Positions 26,931 to 36,696 of a stretch of DNA of 64,000 bases are shown here, piece by piece. The notes beneath the pieces are model-generated. The model saw only the letters and a list, made by a program, of their open reading frames with translations, ran no database searches and was not told the origin of the DNA. Both the position numbers and the translations under genes were made by a program. This DNA comes from Candidatus Omnitrophota bacterium (GTDB lineage: Bacteria > Omnitrophota > Gorgyraeia > 2-01-FULL-45-10): positions 28,241-92,240 of the forward strand of contig JAZDOS010000028.1 of NCBI GenBank assembly GCA_043798375.1. The letters are read 5' to 3'. Positions within the stretch are counted from its first letter, which is position 1; every line of letters starts with the position of its first letter.

Positions 26931-27657
26931 ATTTTTTAATTACTTTTTTGCGTCCGCCTTCCGGCCCCGCCAGTTCCTCCGAGACCTGCACATTCTGCGC
27001 CGGCAGGACGGTGGATTGTGCCATGGGTACCGGTTGCGCGCGCGGCGCGGGACGTCGATAGACCCTTTTCGGCTGAGATGGCTGGGTAATGGCGTCAAGA
27101 AGCGCGCCCCCGATAACTCCGGTACCCGCGCCTATCAGCGCGCCGGTGCCGGCGTTGCCGCCCGACGCACCTGATGCGATCGCGCCGGTGCCGGCGCCCA
27201 AGAGCCCCTGTTTCAGGACCTTCTGAGTGCCTGATTCCTGCGGCGGCTCTTCGTAATAATAATCCTCGGGCTGATCATCGTAGTAATAATCGTCATCCGC
27301 GGGCGGCGGCTGCGCTGCCCTCCTGCGAACGGGCCTGGATGAGGATGAAGGCGTCGTAATGGCATCGAGTAGAATACCTCCTATCGCTCCGGTCCCGGCT
27401 CCTATCAAAGCGCCCTTGCCGGCATTACCGCCGGACGCGCCTGATGCGATCGCGCCGGTGCCCGCGCCGAGCAGCCCCTGCTTCAGGACATTTTTCATCG
27501 TGTCATCATCCTGGCAATAAGCGAGGCTTGCGATGAATACGGTTGTCAAAAACACGGCCAAGGCCGTTAACATATTAAATTTCTTCATAAGCGTATCAAC
27601 CTCCATATTTATCCCGTTAGAAAGGACGTCCTTTCTAACGGGGTTTATCATAATCAA
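26884..27657 (-). CDS. glycine-zipper (YMGG-like) secreted/membrane protein with an internal ~45-aa duplication
   Basis: VLKQGLLGAGTGAIASGASGGNAG(K/T)GALIGAGTG(A/V)IGG(I/A)LLDAIT occurs twice, separated by the acidic Tyr-rich linker DDYYYDDQPEDYYYEEPPQE. Confidence 0.6.
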   Translation of the reverse strand: MIMINPVRKDVLSNGINMEVDTLMKKFNMLTALAVFLTTVFIASLAYCQDDDTMKNVLKQGLLGAGTGAIASGASGGNAGKGALIGAGTGAIGGILLDAITTPSSSSRPVRRRAAQPPPADDDYYYDDQPEDYYYEEPPQESGTQKVLKQGLLGAGTGAIASGASGGNAGTGALIGAGTGVIGGALLDAITQPSQPKRVYRRPAPRAQPVPMAQSTVLPAQNVQVSEELAGPEGGRKKVIKKYDAAGKLVSEEETYY

Positions 27658-27700
27658 ATATACATTATAAACGCGAAAAATTCAAGAAAATAAAAGAAGA

Positions 27701-27766
27701 AACCGATACAACCTGCGAGGTTTGATAGCAGCTATCTGTCAGTTAACCTCGCAGGTTGTATCGGTT
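27701..27766. repeat. palindromic intergenic element copy 1 (AACCGATACAACCTGCGAGGTT-N22-AACCTCGCAGGTTGTATCGGTT)
   Basis: Inverted 22-nt arms read directly from sequence. Overlaps the 3' end of the FAD oxidase ORF. Confidence 0.85.
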
Positions 27767-29216
27767 CATCCAGGTATTCTTTAGGGAATATATTGTCAAG
27801 CCCCAGAATACAATTCGGGTCGAAGGCCTTTTTTATCCCGGCCATCTCCAGGATACCCTGTTTCCCGTACATCTCTTCCAGATACATGTGCTTTATCTTG
27901 CCTATGCCGTGCTCCGCCGAAACAGTCCCGCCCAGAGAAAGCCCCTTCCTGACAAAAGCCAAAATAAGATCGCGCGCATCCCTCTCTTCATCGGGTGATC
28001 CCGGAAGGATATTGGCATGGACATGATTTTCGCCTATGTGGCCGAATATCACGTGAGCCAAATTCTCTTTTTTAAACGCGTCCATATAAAAATCCATCAT
28101 CTCTATGAATTTATCGTCAGGCACGGCTATATCCGCGCTCAATTTTTTAAAACCGCTCCTTCGGAAGATCTCATTTACGGATTCCGGTATGGCGTAACGA
28201 AGCCGGGTAAAAATACGTGCGTCTTTTTCGTTCATCGCCGCCCACGTACTATCCATCGAAGAGTTGTGTTTCTCGATTAAATTAAGCCATTCTCCGATGG
28301 CCGCGTCGTCGATACTGCCATCCGTCTCCTGCTCGAAAAATATAGCGGCCTTCTTGCCCCTGGGAACATTTGTATTTTTTTCGTATAAAAATCCGAGCGC
28401 GTTTGAATCAAAGTACTCTACGGAAAGGATGCCTCTGGCGATTTTGGCGTCTTTCGCGAAGAGCCACGCGTCCGGCTCGCGGTCAAAAAATACAAACGAG
28501 CTGAATATGCCCGCAGGTTTTCTTACCAGCTCCATCCCGATCTCAACGATGACGGATAGCGTACCCTCCTGGCCTATGAAGAGGTCTATAATGTCCATCC
28601 CCGGTTTCGCGTAATACCCGGCCGAACTTTTGACGTTTGGCATCTTATACGCCGGCATCGGTATATCGATACGTCGTCCGCCGGGCAGCATAACCGCGGA
28701 ATTATCCTTGTCTATGAATTTTTCTCCGCGCCGGACGGAAAATATCTCGCCTGTGGCAAGTACCATTTTGAGCATATTGACGCGTTTTCTTGTGGGCCCG
28801 TATTTCAGCGACCTTGAACCGGAAGCGTTGGTAGCGACAGTGCCGCCTACGAACGCCGTCTTTTCGGTCGGATGCGACGTGTAAAACAATCCTTTTTTTT
28901 CGCAGGCGCTTTTAAATTCTTCCACCGGAACGCCTGCCTGGACCGTCGCGCTCATGCGGGCTTCCGAGATATCGACTATCTTATTAAGCCTTTCCGTAGA
29001 AATTACAACACCGCCGAACGGCACCCGCGATCCTGTTGTGCCGGTGCCCCCGCCGGAAATCGTCATCGGAATCTTATCGACATTGGCTTTTTTTATAAAA
29101 TCGGATAGTTCTTCGATGCTGGCAGGTATGATAACTTTATCGGCATGGCCGCCCTTAAGATTTGAGCTGTCCTCGAGGTAGTTAGTTAAAGCGGCAGGAT
29201 CGGTCTTTGTTAGCAT
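27732..29216 (-). CDS. FAD-binding oxidoreductase (FAD-linked oxidase, GlcD/D-lactate dehydrogenase-like)
   Basis: 494 aa. N-terminal FAD-binding PCMH-type block (GGGTGTTGSRVPFGGVVIS) and C-terminal FAD-oxidase_C-like region. Confidence 0.8.
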   Translation of the reverse strand: MLTKTDPAALTNYLEDSSNLKGGHADKVIIPASIEELSDFIKKANVDKIPMTISGGGTGTTGSRVPFGGVVISTERLNKIVDISEARMSATVQAGVPVEEFKSACEKKGLFYTSHPTEKTAFVGGTVATNASGSRSLKYGPTRKRVNMLKMVLATGEIFSVRRGEKFIDKDNSAVMLPGGRRIDIPMPAYKMPNVKSSAGYYAKPGMDIIDLFIGQEGTLSVIVEIGMELVRKPAGIFSSFVFFDREPDAWLFAKDAKIARGILSVEYFDSNALGFLYEKNTNVPRGKKAAIFFEQETDGSIDDAAIGEWLNLIEKHNSSMDSTWAAMNEKDARIFTRLRYAIPESVNEIFRRSGFKKLSADIAVPDDKFIEMMDFYMDAFKKENLAHVIFGHIGENHVHANILPGSPDEERDARDLILAFVRKGLSLGGTVSAEHGIGKIKHMYLEEMYGKQGILEMAGIKKAFDPNCILGLDNIFPKEYLDEPIQPARLTDR

Positions 29217-29253
29217 GAAACTAATTATACATCAAAAAGAAGGAATTGCAAGA

Positions 29254-29619
29254 TTAGCGCTTGATATATTCAAGCGCTCTTTTGGCTTCTGTATTCTGCC
29301 AATCTTTCTTGAAACCGGCATTCCGGCCTTCCGGATATGACGTCCTGAGCGGCGGTTGGATAGCGCTCGAACCGTAGGAATTTTGGATCGGATTCGTAGA
29401 ACTTTTGAAGTGGACCGCAAGAACAACGCCGGCGATAATTACAAAGGAAAACGCCGTGCAAGCGACAAGGCCTACTCTGTAATTGACGGCGCGGTTTGTG
29501 CGGCATTTCATTTCTATGCCGGATACCAGGTTTCCGGAGAGATATTCTCCGACGATTTCCAGCGCCTCGTTTTTATCGGCGGCTTCGGTGGTGATTTGTA
29601 TTGTTGTTTTATATTTCAT
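29254..29619 (-). CDS. hypothetical membrane-anchored protein
   Basis: 121 aa with one central TM helix; no recognisable motif. Confidence 0.3.
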   Translation of the reverse strand: MKYKTTIQITTEAADKNEALEIVGEYLSGNLVSGIEMKCRTNRAVNYRVGLVACTAFSFVIIAGVVLAVHFKSSTNPIQNSYGSSAIQPPLRTSYPEGRNAGFKKDWQNTEAKRALEYIKR

Positions 29620-29742
29620 AATTCAATCTTTGTATTTTGTTAACATATAAATTGTATACTATTCCACAAAGATTGTCAAGTCATAAAATCTATCTTTTTT
29701 AAACCTTAACCATAACCGGATTTAACCTACGAGGTTGAATGG

Positions 29743-30333
29743 TTATTTTTTGTTTTGGAGGGTTTTGATAAGCCTTTTGCCTAACGTGTGGGATTTGTTC
29801 ATGAAATTTTTTTTGCGCTTGATCTCCCCTTTAGCATCGACTCCGCCGCAATAGACTTCGCCATAGTATTTGATGCCAAGAACGGCGAAGAGGTTCTTCA
29901 AGACCTGCCTTGAATTCCTGAAAAAATCCTCCCTCCCGGCGCCGGATACGCACAGAAACACCCCGGCTCTTTTCTTTTCGGTTAAGGGCGGTTTTTTCAA
30001 GACTTCTTTCTTGATCCAATGAGGCTGGAATCTGTCGACCACAAGCTTGAGCTGGGCGGGGATATTACCGAAATATACGGGCGCGGCTATCGCGACAACA
30101 TCGGCATCGTCTATGCCATTATATATAAGGCGCATGTCATCGTCCATGCCGCACTCGCCGGTCTTATGGCAGCATTCGTTTTCCCTGCAAAACTTTATTT
30201 CGAGGTCGCTTAAAAATATCTTCTTGACCGAACATCTTCCCGCGGACATTGCGCCTTCAAGGAAGCTGTCCAGGATGAGTTCGCTGTTGCCGGCCTTGCG
30301 GGGGCTGGCGCATATTCCCAATACTTTGATCAA
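29743..30333 (-). CDS. iron-sulfur flavoprotein (NADPH-dependent FMN reductase/flavodoxin-like fold with Cys-rich insert)
   Basis: VLGICASPRKAGNSE flavodoxin-like N-terminus plus Cys cluster CRENECCHKTGEC. Confidence 0.6.
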   Translation of the reverse strand: MIKVLGICASPRKAGNSELILDSFLEGAMSAGRCSVKKIFLSDLEIKFCRENECCHKTGECGMDDDMRLIYNGIDDADVVAIAAPVYFGNIPAQLKLVVDRFQPHWIKKEVLKKPPLTEKKRAGVFLCVSGAGREDFFRNSRQVLKNLFAVLGIKYYGEVYCGGVDAKGEIKRKKNFMNKSHTLGKRLIKTLQNKK

Positions 30334-30334
30334 T

Positions 30335-30517
30335 TTACTTAACGCTTATCGCGTTCACCGGGCATTGCCCAGCGATTTCTTTTATATCGCAAGAATCGCA
30401 CTTTTCGGATATCACATGCGCCAGGCCGTCGTCTCCCACTTCAAATACCTCAGAGCAATTTGAAGAGCATAGCCCGCAGCCGGTGCACAATGAATCGTCT
30501 ATGGAGATCTTCGCCAT
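30335..30517 (-). CDS. 4Fe-4S ferredoxin
   Basis: CTGCGLCSSNC ... CDSCDIKEIAGQCP cysteine motifs in 60 aa. Confidence 0.8.
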   Translation of the reverse strand: MAKISIDDSLCTGCGLCSSNCSEVFEVGDDGLAHVISEKCDSCDIKEIAGQCPVNAISVK

Positions 30518-30551
30518 TCTGATCCCTCCCTTTTTCTTGCTCCTTCTTCGC

Positions 30552-30809
30552 TTATTTGGCTTCCTTATTCGGTATAGTTAAACCTACGGCCTTTGATATT
30601 TCCCGGAATTCTTTTTCATTGATATCATCAAGTGACTTGCGGCGCTTGTCAAGATGTTCGTTGAACTTGACCGCCTTCTCCTGCATCATCTCGTGCGTCT
30701 CCTCGGAGCCGCCGACTAAATGGAAATTCTCGCCTTTCGTGATCCTCACGTGGCCGTCTTTACAGTCGAAGCCCATGCCAAGCAATATTTTTCTGTATGC
30801 CCTGTTCAC
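30552..30809 (-). CDS. hypothetical protein
   Basis: 85 aa, no recognised motif. Confidence 0.3.
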   Translation of the reverse strand: MNRAYRKILLGMGFDCKDGHVRITKGENFHLVGGSEETHEMMQEKAVKFNEHLDKRRKSLDDINEKEFREISKAVGLTIPNKEAK

Positions 30810-30824
30810 CCAGCACCTTCCTGA

Positions 30825-31196
30825 CTAAATCCTGTAGACAGAGTCCCCTATCCGGACGCGCGATTTGACAAGGAGGCCTATCTCCTGGGCCTTCCTGCCT
30901 TCCTGTATCGATACGTGGTCCAGCTGTATCGACCGGACCTTCTCCTTAAAATCCGTTGTGTGGCCTTTCAGGTAGATTTCGTCCCCAACCTTAAGGCCGT
31001 CTTTTAAAAGAAGGACCGCCGCGGCGTTGACGTGCGGAAAGTAATGAGTGACCTCGCCGATCTTTTCAAGCCCCAGTTCCGGCGCTTTCTTCACGGCTTT
31101 TTTAGCTGTCTTTTTCCGTGAAGCTTTGGCTTTCTTTACTTTCCTGACCTGTGCTTTCTTTACTCTCTTTACCGTCTTTTTTTTCTTCTTCGCCAT
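30825..31196 (-). CDS. hypothetical protein with Lys-rich (histone-H1-like) N-terminal tail and small beta-barrel C-domain
   Basis: MAKKKKKTVKRVKKAQVRKVKKAKASRKKTAKKAVKK followed by a beta-rich domain with GDEIYLKGH. Confidence 0.3.
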   Translation of the reverse strand: MAKKKKKTVKRVKKAQVRKVKKAKASRKKTAKKAVKKAPELGLEKIGEVTHYFPHVNAAAVLLLKDGLKVGDEIYLKGHTTDFKEKVRSIQLDHVSIQEGRKAQEIGLLVKSRVRIGDSVYRI

Positions 31197-31229
31197 ATCG
31201 CACCCCCGAAATTTATGAATATTATATTA

Positions 31230-31859
31230 TCATACAAAATTATTTGCAAGGCAAATTTTATCATTTAGCGGGCACGATCCGCATTTGGGTTTGGTTTTAC
31301 AATAGTCTTTCGCAAGGCGTACTACAAGCGCGTGGTATTCGTTGAATAACCTATGTTTACGCGGAAGATTCTTCATGAAAAACCGTTGAATGTCGTCATA
31401 CCCGGCATCGCCAGAAATCAGCCCGAGCCTTGAGAAGACCCTTTTCGTATAAGCATCCACCACAAAAACGGGCCTCTGGAACGCGTATAGTAAAATCGAA
31501 TCGCATGTTTCCGGGCCGATGCCGTTCACGCCAAGAAGCTCCTCGCGCAGTCCTTCTGTATTGAGGCGCGACAGCTTGCCAAGATTCGAGCCATATCGCG
31601 AAGACAGGAACGACAAAAAATTCGCCAGCCTTCGCGCTTTGAGATTGTAGAAGCCTGCCGGTTTTATAAGCCGCGGCAGCCTTTTCGCGCCGACCCTCTT
31701 CATCCCGGAAGGAGATGATAATGCCCCTGCCTTCTTAAGGGAAATTATCGCTTTCTCGACGTTGGACCATGCGGTATTCTGCGTAAGGATGGCGCCTGCG
31801 ATCACCTCGAAACGCGTGTCGGCCGGCCACCAGCGTTGAGGCCCGTAGAATTTATACAA
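31230..31859 (-). CDS. HhH-GPD superfamily base-excision glycosylase (endonuclease III-like) with C-terminal Cys cluster
   Basis: LLGVNGIGPETCDSILLYAF (HhH-GPD) and CKTKPKCGSCPLNDKC. Confidence 0.65.
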   Translation of the reverse strand: MYKFYGPQRWWPADTRFEVIAGAILTQNTAWSNVEKAIISLKKAGALSSPSGMKRVGAKRLPRLIKPAGFYNLKARRLANFLSFLSSRYGSNLGKLSRLNTEGLREELLGVNGIGPETCDSILLYAFQRPVFVVDAYTKRVFSRLGLISGDAGYDDIQRFFMKNLPRKHRLFNEYHALVVRLAKDYCKTKPKCGSCPLNDKICLANNFV

Positions 31860-31881
31860 CCTTTTGTATATGCTGATTAGT

Positions 31882-32688
31882 TTATTCGAAATAATCCGTA
31901 TCGCTGTATTTATATTTACAGATGCCCCTTTTGGAGCCCCGGATGAATTCGACCAGGTGCGTAAGCTCTTTCGAGGGCGTCAATTTTTTAATCTCTTCTA
32001 TCGCCTGCGCCGTATTGAGTTCGGACATATACAAAAATTTATACGCTTCTTTGATGTTATTTATAAGCTCCCGCGAAAACTTCGCCCTCCTCAAGCCTAT
32101 CAGGTTGACCGACCGCACCACCGACGGGCCCCTCACCAGCATGTATGGCGGCACGTCTTTATTGACGCCTGTAAACCCTCCGATGATCGAAAGCGCCCCT
32201 ATGCGGCAGAATTGATGGACGACGACATTACCGGAAATGAACACGCCGTCTTCCACCAGCACGTGGCCGGCTAAAAGGGCGCAATTGGCTATGATGACGG
32301 AATTACCTATATGGCAATCGTGGCCTACGTGCGATACGGCCATTAGGTAGCAATTGTCGCCGATAACCGTGGGATGGTCTTCCTTGGTCCCTCTGTGCAC
32401 GGTGGCATATTCCCTGATCACGGTATTTTTACCGACAAAAAGGCGCGTCTTTTTGTTCTTATCGAACGTCAGGTCCTGAGGCAGGTGCCCGACTACGGCG
32501 CCCATGTGGATCTCGGCGCCCTCTCCTATCGATGTGCCGCCGGCAATATGCGCATGCGGCCAAATCTTCACGCGGTTTGAAATCTCAACATCGTCTTCGA
32601 TAACGGCGAACGGCCCTATCTCGACACCCTCCCCTATCCTGGCCTTTTTACTGACTATGGCCTTGTCGCTTATACTCACGGGACTCAT
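31882..32688 (-). CDS. lpxA: acyl-ACP--UDP-N-acetylglucosamine O-acyltransferase
   Basis: Left-handed hexapeptide repeats plus LpxA C-terminal block GVNKDVPPYMLVRGPSVVRSVNLIGLRRAKFS...IKEAYKFLY. Confidence 0.85.
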   Translation of the reverse strand: MSPVSISDKAIVSKKARIGEGVEIGPFAVIEDDVEISNRVKIWPHAHIAGGTSIGEGAEIHMGAVVGHLPQDLTFDKNKKTRLFVGKNTVIREYATVHRGTKEDHPTVIGDNCYLMAVSHVGHDCHIGNSVIIANCALLAGHVLVEDGVFISGNVVVHQFCRIGALSIIGGFTGVNKDVPPYMLVRGPSVVRSVNLIGLRRAKFSRELINNIKEAYKFLYMSELNTAQAIEEIKKLTPSKELTHLVEFIRGSKRGICKYKYSDTDYFE

Positions 32689-33122
32689 TTATTTTTTCCC
32701 TCTAATTTATCGAGCAGTTTATTTATCACCTCGGCGATCGGCATAATGTCGTCGCCGCGCCTAATATTCAGCCTCCTGTGGTGTTCGCCATGGTCCGAAA
32801 TTCTATGCAATTCTTTCTCCACCCTTTCCAGCGGGCCGGCGAAACGGTGAGAAAGGACTATCCCCCATAATATCAGGATTAAAAAGATCGGCGGCACCCC
32901 GATTAGCAGTATAAGGTTTATCTTGTGGATGACGGGAAAGAGGTTGTAGGCTATATATTCCGGTATCCCGATCTGCTCCGCCATGATCTTGAATATCAGA
33001 TAATAGAGGCAGGCCGTTACAAAGATAAGGGGTACTATCATCGATACCATCAAAAGGCCCAGATATCTCATCTGGATACGGCTTCCTGTAAGATATTTTG
33101 TCCTAAGGAATCTCGCTCTCAA
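32685..33122 (-). CDS. hypothetical membrane protein
   Basis: 145 aa, 2 TM. 4-nt overlap with lpxA. Confidence 0.3.
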   Translation of the reverse strand: MRARFLRTKYLTGSRIQMRYLGLLMVSMIVPLIFVTACLYYLIFKIMAEQIGIPEYIAYNLFPVIHKINLILLIGVPPIFLILILWGIVLSHRFAGPLERVEKELHRISDHGEHHRRLNIRRGDDIMPIAEVINKLLDKLEGKNK

Positions 33123-33910
33123 GGTCTCCTCCTTCCAGCCTTATTCGGCTCTTCTTTATAACCGACCGTTATCTCGTCATACAGGGCTTCGGCGGACGTC
33201 TGGGTGTGTTCCGCGTTAGTCATGAACGCGATAGCGCCTATGCCGGCCTCCGGCGGACGCCCAAACATCTTTATGTAATCCGATACGATGTCCCTTTCTT
33301 CCGTAAACCAAACGTTTTCTTCATCTATGCCGCTCTTCAACACCATGAGCTTGATATTCTCGGAGTAGGGGCTTGTCCCGACAGCGCCCGCGGGAAGCGA
33401 TTCCGCCCAGACATATTCAAGGACCTTGTAGTTTGTGATGAACATCGCCGGGAAAATGACGTAAAACCTCGCGGCAAAATCGTCCTCGTTCTCCCCGTCT
33501 AAGCTCTCTTCGAATTTCTTGGCCGGGAAAATCCGCGCCCTCCACTTCCAGCTTATTACAGGATGTTTGTTTTTGGCGTCGATATTTATGCGGTAATATA
33601 ACGCCGAGGCCGATTTATCGCTCGTGCCCCTTACGTAAGAGAGGTCTCCCGACTTCTCGATATTATACGCGACCCTGCCCTTAAAAACTTTCTCTTCCCA
33701 GTCCTTCAGCGAATCGTTTTCCGAAAAAGGGAATTGCGCAAGAAGCCCTACCTTATATTTCGATACCGGCGCCGCCCCTCTCTTCTTTAAGGGCGGGCCG
33801 AAGAACAGGGCCGTAAATATTATCGAGATTATTATTATGGCGTAAATCCAGAACCGTTTCGGCAAAATTTGTTTCATCGTATTATCGGTATATTTTATGT
33901 TTATACGCAA
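33119..33910 (-). CDS. DUF3047-like secreted protein
   Basis: N-terminal TM/signal, then a conserved W/R-rich region (ISWKWRARIFPAKKFEE...DFAARFYVIF). Confidence 0.4.
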   Translation of the reverse strand: MRINIKYTDNTMKQILPKRFWIYAIIIISIIFTALFFGPPLKKRGAAPVSKYKVGLLAQFPFSENDSLKDWEEKVFKGRVAYNIEKSGDLSYVRGTSDKSASALYYRINIDAKNKHPVISWKWRARIFPAKKFEESLDGENEDDFAARFYVIFPAMFITNYKVLEYVWAESLPAGAVGTSPYSENIKLMVLKSGIDEENVWFTEERDIVSDYIKMFGRPPEAGIGAIAFMTNAEHTQTSAEALYDEITVGYKEEPNKAGRRRP

Positions 33911-33934
33911 GGATTGTCAATGAAATAAGAGGGT

Positions 33935-33996
33935 CAATACAACCTGCGAGGTTAACTGGTATAAAACTACCGGCAAACCTCGCAGGTTGTATTGGT
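33935..33996. repeat. palindromic intergenic element copy 2
   Basis: CAATACAACCTGCGAGGTT ... AACCTCGCAGGTTGTATTGG. Confidence 0.85.
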
Positions 33997-34016
33997 ATCG
34001 TAGATTGTATTGTTAC

Positions 34017-34056
34017 AAAAATCCCCTGCTCTTTTTAAGGAGCAGGGGATTTTTTA
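34017..34056. terminator. bidirectional rho-independent terminator downstream of the OM barrel gene
   Basis: AAAAATCCCCTGCTC-TTTTTAAG-GAGCAGGGGATTTTTT: perfect 11-bp GC-rich stem flanked by an A-run and a T-run. Confidence 0.8.
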
Positions 34057-34074
34057 TTATACAACTAACTATAC

Positions 34075-35604
34075 TTAGAAGCTTACCTTTACCGTTCCGA
34101 CTAAGTCGGTAGCAACCTTATCATATCCACTCTGATTACTTGCAGCACTAACTACTAAGCTGCTTCGGTAAGTTTCATTCGGCACGAACCATGCGGCGAG
34201 AAGGCCGAAGCTAACATCTTCTGTATAATCCCAGTTGATGTTAATGTCGACTTCCTGACCGATGAATCCGCCGGTCGACTGACCGTCAAGCACGTTCGCG
34301 TTAAACGTTCCCGTATTGGGGGTCCAGAAATACTGATTCCAGAACAAGTTGTAGTTCGCCTTCACCGTTACGCTATCGATCGGCTGAACGCTCCCCATGA
34401 AGACCATCTGATGCTGGTTGGTCCTGGAATCATCCGCGCATGACTGCGTAACAGCGCCACTCACCGCATATCTTGCCGTCGAGTAAAACTTGCCGACAAA
34501 TTCACGGATGGCGGAATCGAACTTGCCTCTATACATCGGATTCCACCCGGTATAGGTGCCGCCGGCATTGACATCGCCATAGCTCTCATTCTTATCGCCG
34601 GAGTAGTAAATATACTCAGCGCCTATCTTAGGCTTCCATGCCGTCTTATCGGCAAAATACCTGCATTCGCCGCTCACATCGAGCGCCCATGCGCTGCGGG
34701 GCCTCGAAGTCTGCTGCAGAGTCGAACCCAGATACGAACCGCCCTGCCACGCGATTTCTCCGTTTAGCGTGAAGGCGTTGATCGGATCGAAACTGCCTCT
34801 CAAGCCCAGCGTATAGACGTTATTGGTGCTCTGCGTCTCGCCGAAATGAGTGATCGAATCATCCTGCTGGTAGAACCAGTATGCTTCGGATTCGGCGTTG
34901 TAGGAGTTGAACTTGTAGCCTACGTTTACGCCCCACAGGTCGACGCCGTCTTTGGCCTGCACCCCATCGGTGTAGATGTTCGAGTAAATACCTGTGATCG
35001 TCCACGGATCGTAATCCAACACCGCCTTCACCGCGTCAAACGAATTGATGGCGGTGTATTCCGGAGCCGACAGGTTGCCGCTTGCAAGTATCGTATTCGA
35101 GCCTGGCCCGGAACCAGGGTTTTGCTGGTTGGCGCCTACGATGAAGCCTTTACCGAACCATAGGTCCTGGCGGCCGATCGTCACCGTCAGCGGCGAATAG
35201 ATGAAATTCTTCAACTGCACATACGCCAGGTCGATCATCACGTCGAACTCATCCTGGTTAGCGATATAAAGCCCGCGGCCGTTTGGATTCATCGTGCCCG
35301 TCGCACCGGTCGAATCATAAACGTTCCAGTCTCTCTGATTGAGGATCCTGATGACGGTCTGGACGTTATCCGTCAGGTCCGCGTCGATCTGGACGGCGGC
35401 AACTGACATCAGCCATTGTTGCTGAGCGCTGTCTGTTCCGGTGATAATCGCTTCATCCGGATGGCTCCTTAAGTTATACTGATCTCTCAGCAAAGCCCTC
35501 ATCGTGAGGTCTCCGCTTACCTTTACGCTCTGGGTTTCAGCGTAAACGCTTCCCGCAACCGAGAGCGCTATCGCTAAAACGCAAAGTATCCTTAAAAACT
35601 TCAT
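34075..35604 (-). CDS. outer-membrane beta-barrel protein (porin-like)
   Basis: Signal peptide MKFLRILCVLAIALSVAGSVYA. Alternating amphipathic beta strands. C-terminal aromatic residue (TVKVSF). Confidence 0.5.
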   Translation of the reverse strand: MKFLRILCVLAIALSVAGSVYAETQSVKVSGDLTMRALLRDQYNLRSHPDEAIITGTDSAQQQWLMSVAAVQIDADLTDNVQTVIRILNQRDWNVYDSTGATGTMNPNGRGLYIANQDEFDVMIDLAYVQLKNFIYSPLTVTIGRQDLWFGKGFIVGANQQNPGSGPGSNTILASGNLSAPEYTAINSFDAVKAVLDYDPWTITGIYSNIYTDGVQAKDGVDLWGVNVGYKFNSYNAESEAYWFYQQDDSITHFGETQSTNNVYTLGLRGSFDPINAFTLNGEIAWQGGSYLGSTLQQTSRPRSAWALDVSGECRYFADKTAWKPKIGAEYIYYSGDKNESYGDVNAGGTYTGWNPMYRGKFDSAIREFVGKFYSTARYAVSGAVTQSCADDSRTNQHQMVFMGSVQPIDSVTVKANYNLFWNQYFWTPNTGTFNANVLDGQSTGGFIGQEVDININWDYTEDVSFGLLAAWFVPNETYRSSLVVSAASNQSGYDKVATDLVGTVKVSF

Positions 35605-35913
35605 AATACCTCCTTTTAGGAATTTCTTATTATATATATGAAAGTTTGGATTGGTTGTCCAACTTTATGTATGCATTACTTCTTTATCTATATCACCACA
35701 TCCTGATAGCTTAAGGCTATTTTAGATACCACCTCCTCTTTCGCCAAGATTTAAGTTATCTATGGTGTTATAGGCTGAACTGCTCCTAAAATTTACTCTG
35801 TAAAATTTTAGGATGGCCATTCCAAAATTTTACATTGAAAATTTTGGAATTACTATTTATTATTAACATAAGTATAGCATATGTTAGGAATTTGTCAAGC
35901 CCTTTGCGCAGGT

Positions 35914-36558
35914 TCAACAGTTAGCGGCTAAATATGCGGAATTCCTAACCAAAGCCTTGATTTCGGCATCTTTGAGCCCTATATCTTGCAGGATACGCCT
36001 TGCCTGGCTATGGGATACCAGATCATCGCCTGAATGGGCGTCGTTATTCAGTACGAGCTTCGCGCCTCCCAGATTAGCCATCTTAAAGACGCGCTTATTT
36101 GTCTTCAGGTGATTCTTCCTTGTGGTAAGCTCGAGATAGACGTTATTCCTTGCGGCCAGGACGGCGTCTTCCCTGTTTATAAGGCCGGGGTGGGCCAGGA
36201 TATCGCAGCGAGCTTCTATGGCCCTCCTGTTTGTACCCGGCATAACGGGTTCGGAGAGGGTCTCCCCGTGAACCACCACTATCTTCGCGCCGAGTTTTCT
36301 GGCGAGCCTGACAAGCGGTTTAATCTCTTGTATCGGCGCGTGCGTAATTTCAGCCCCCGGAATCGAGCGGATTTTCCAGTAACGGTTCAATACCTTACAG
36401 ACATTCACGATCCTCGGGATAACGAAATCGATATTGGAGGCGTCGACGTGGTCGGAGAGCGCGATCGCCGTGTAGCCTTTCGCTTCCGCGCGCCTCACCA
36501 GCTCGCTTGGCAGAAGTTCGCCGTCAGAAAATAGCGTATGTGTATGTAAGTCTATCAT
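35914..36558 (-). CDS. PHP-domain phosphoesterase (histidinol-phosphatase-like)
   Basis: MIDLHTHTLFSDGELLPSELVRRAEAKGYTAIALSDH. Start reset to the ATG at 36558. The track ORF N-terminal extension runs through a hairpin and the tRNA gene and is not credible. Confidence 0.7.
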   Translation of the reverse strand: MIDLHTHTLFSDGELLPSELVRRAEAKGYTAIALSDHVDASNIDFVIPRIVNVCKVLNRYWKIRSIPGAEITHAPIQEIKPLVRLARKLGAKIVVVHGETLSEPVMPGTNRRAIEARCDILAHPGLINREDAVLAARNNVYLELTTRKNHLKTNKRVFKMANLGGAKLVLNNDAHSGDDLVSHSQARRILQDIGLKDAEIKALVRNSAYLAANC

Positions 36559-36696
36559 AAATAACTCAAAAGGCAAAACGCAAAAGGTAAAAGTGTTGTG
36601 TCCTTCAGACCTAAATTTGCGATTTTGATTTTTGCCTTGAACTTTTACCTTTTTACTTTTGCCTTTTACCTTTCCGTTGGCTGAGGCCAAATTTGA

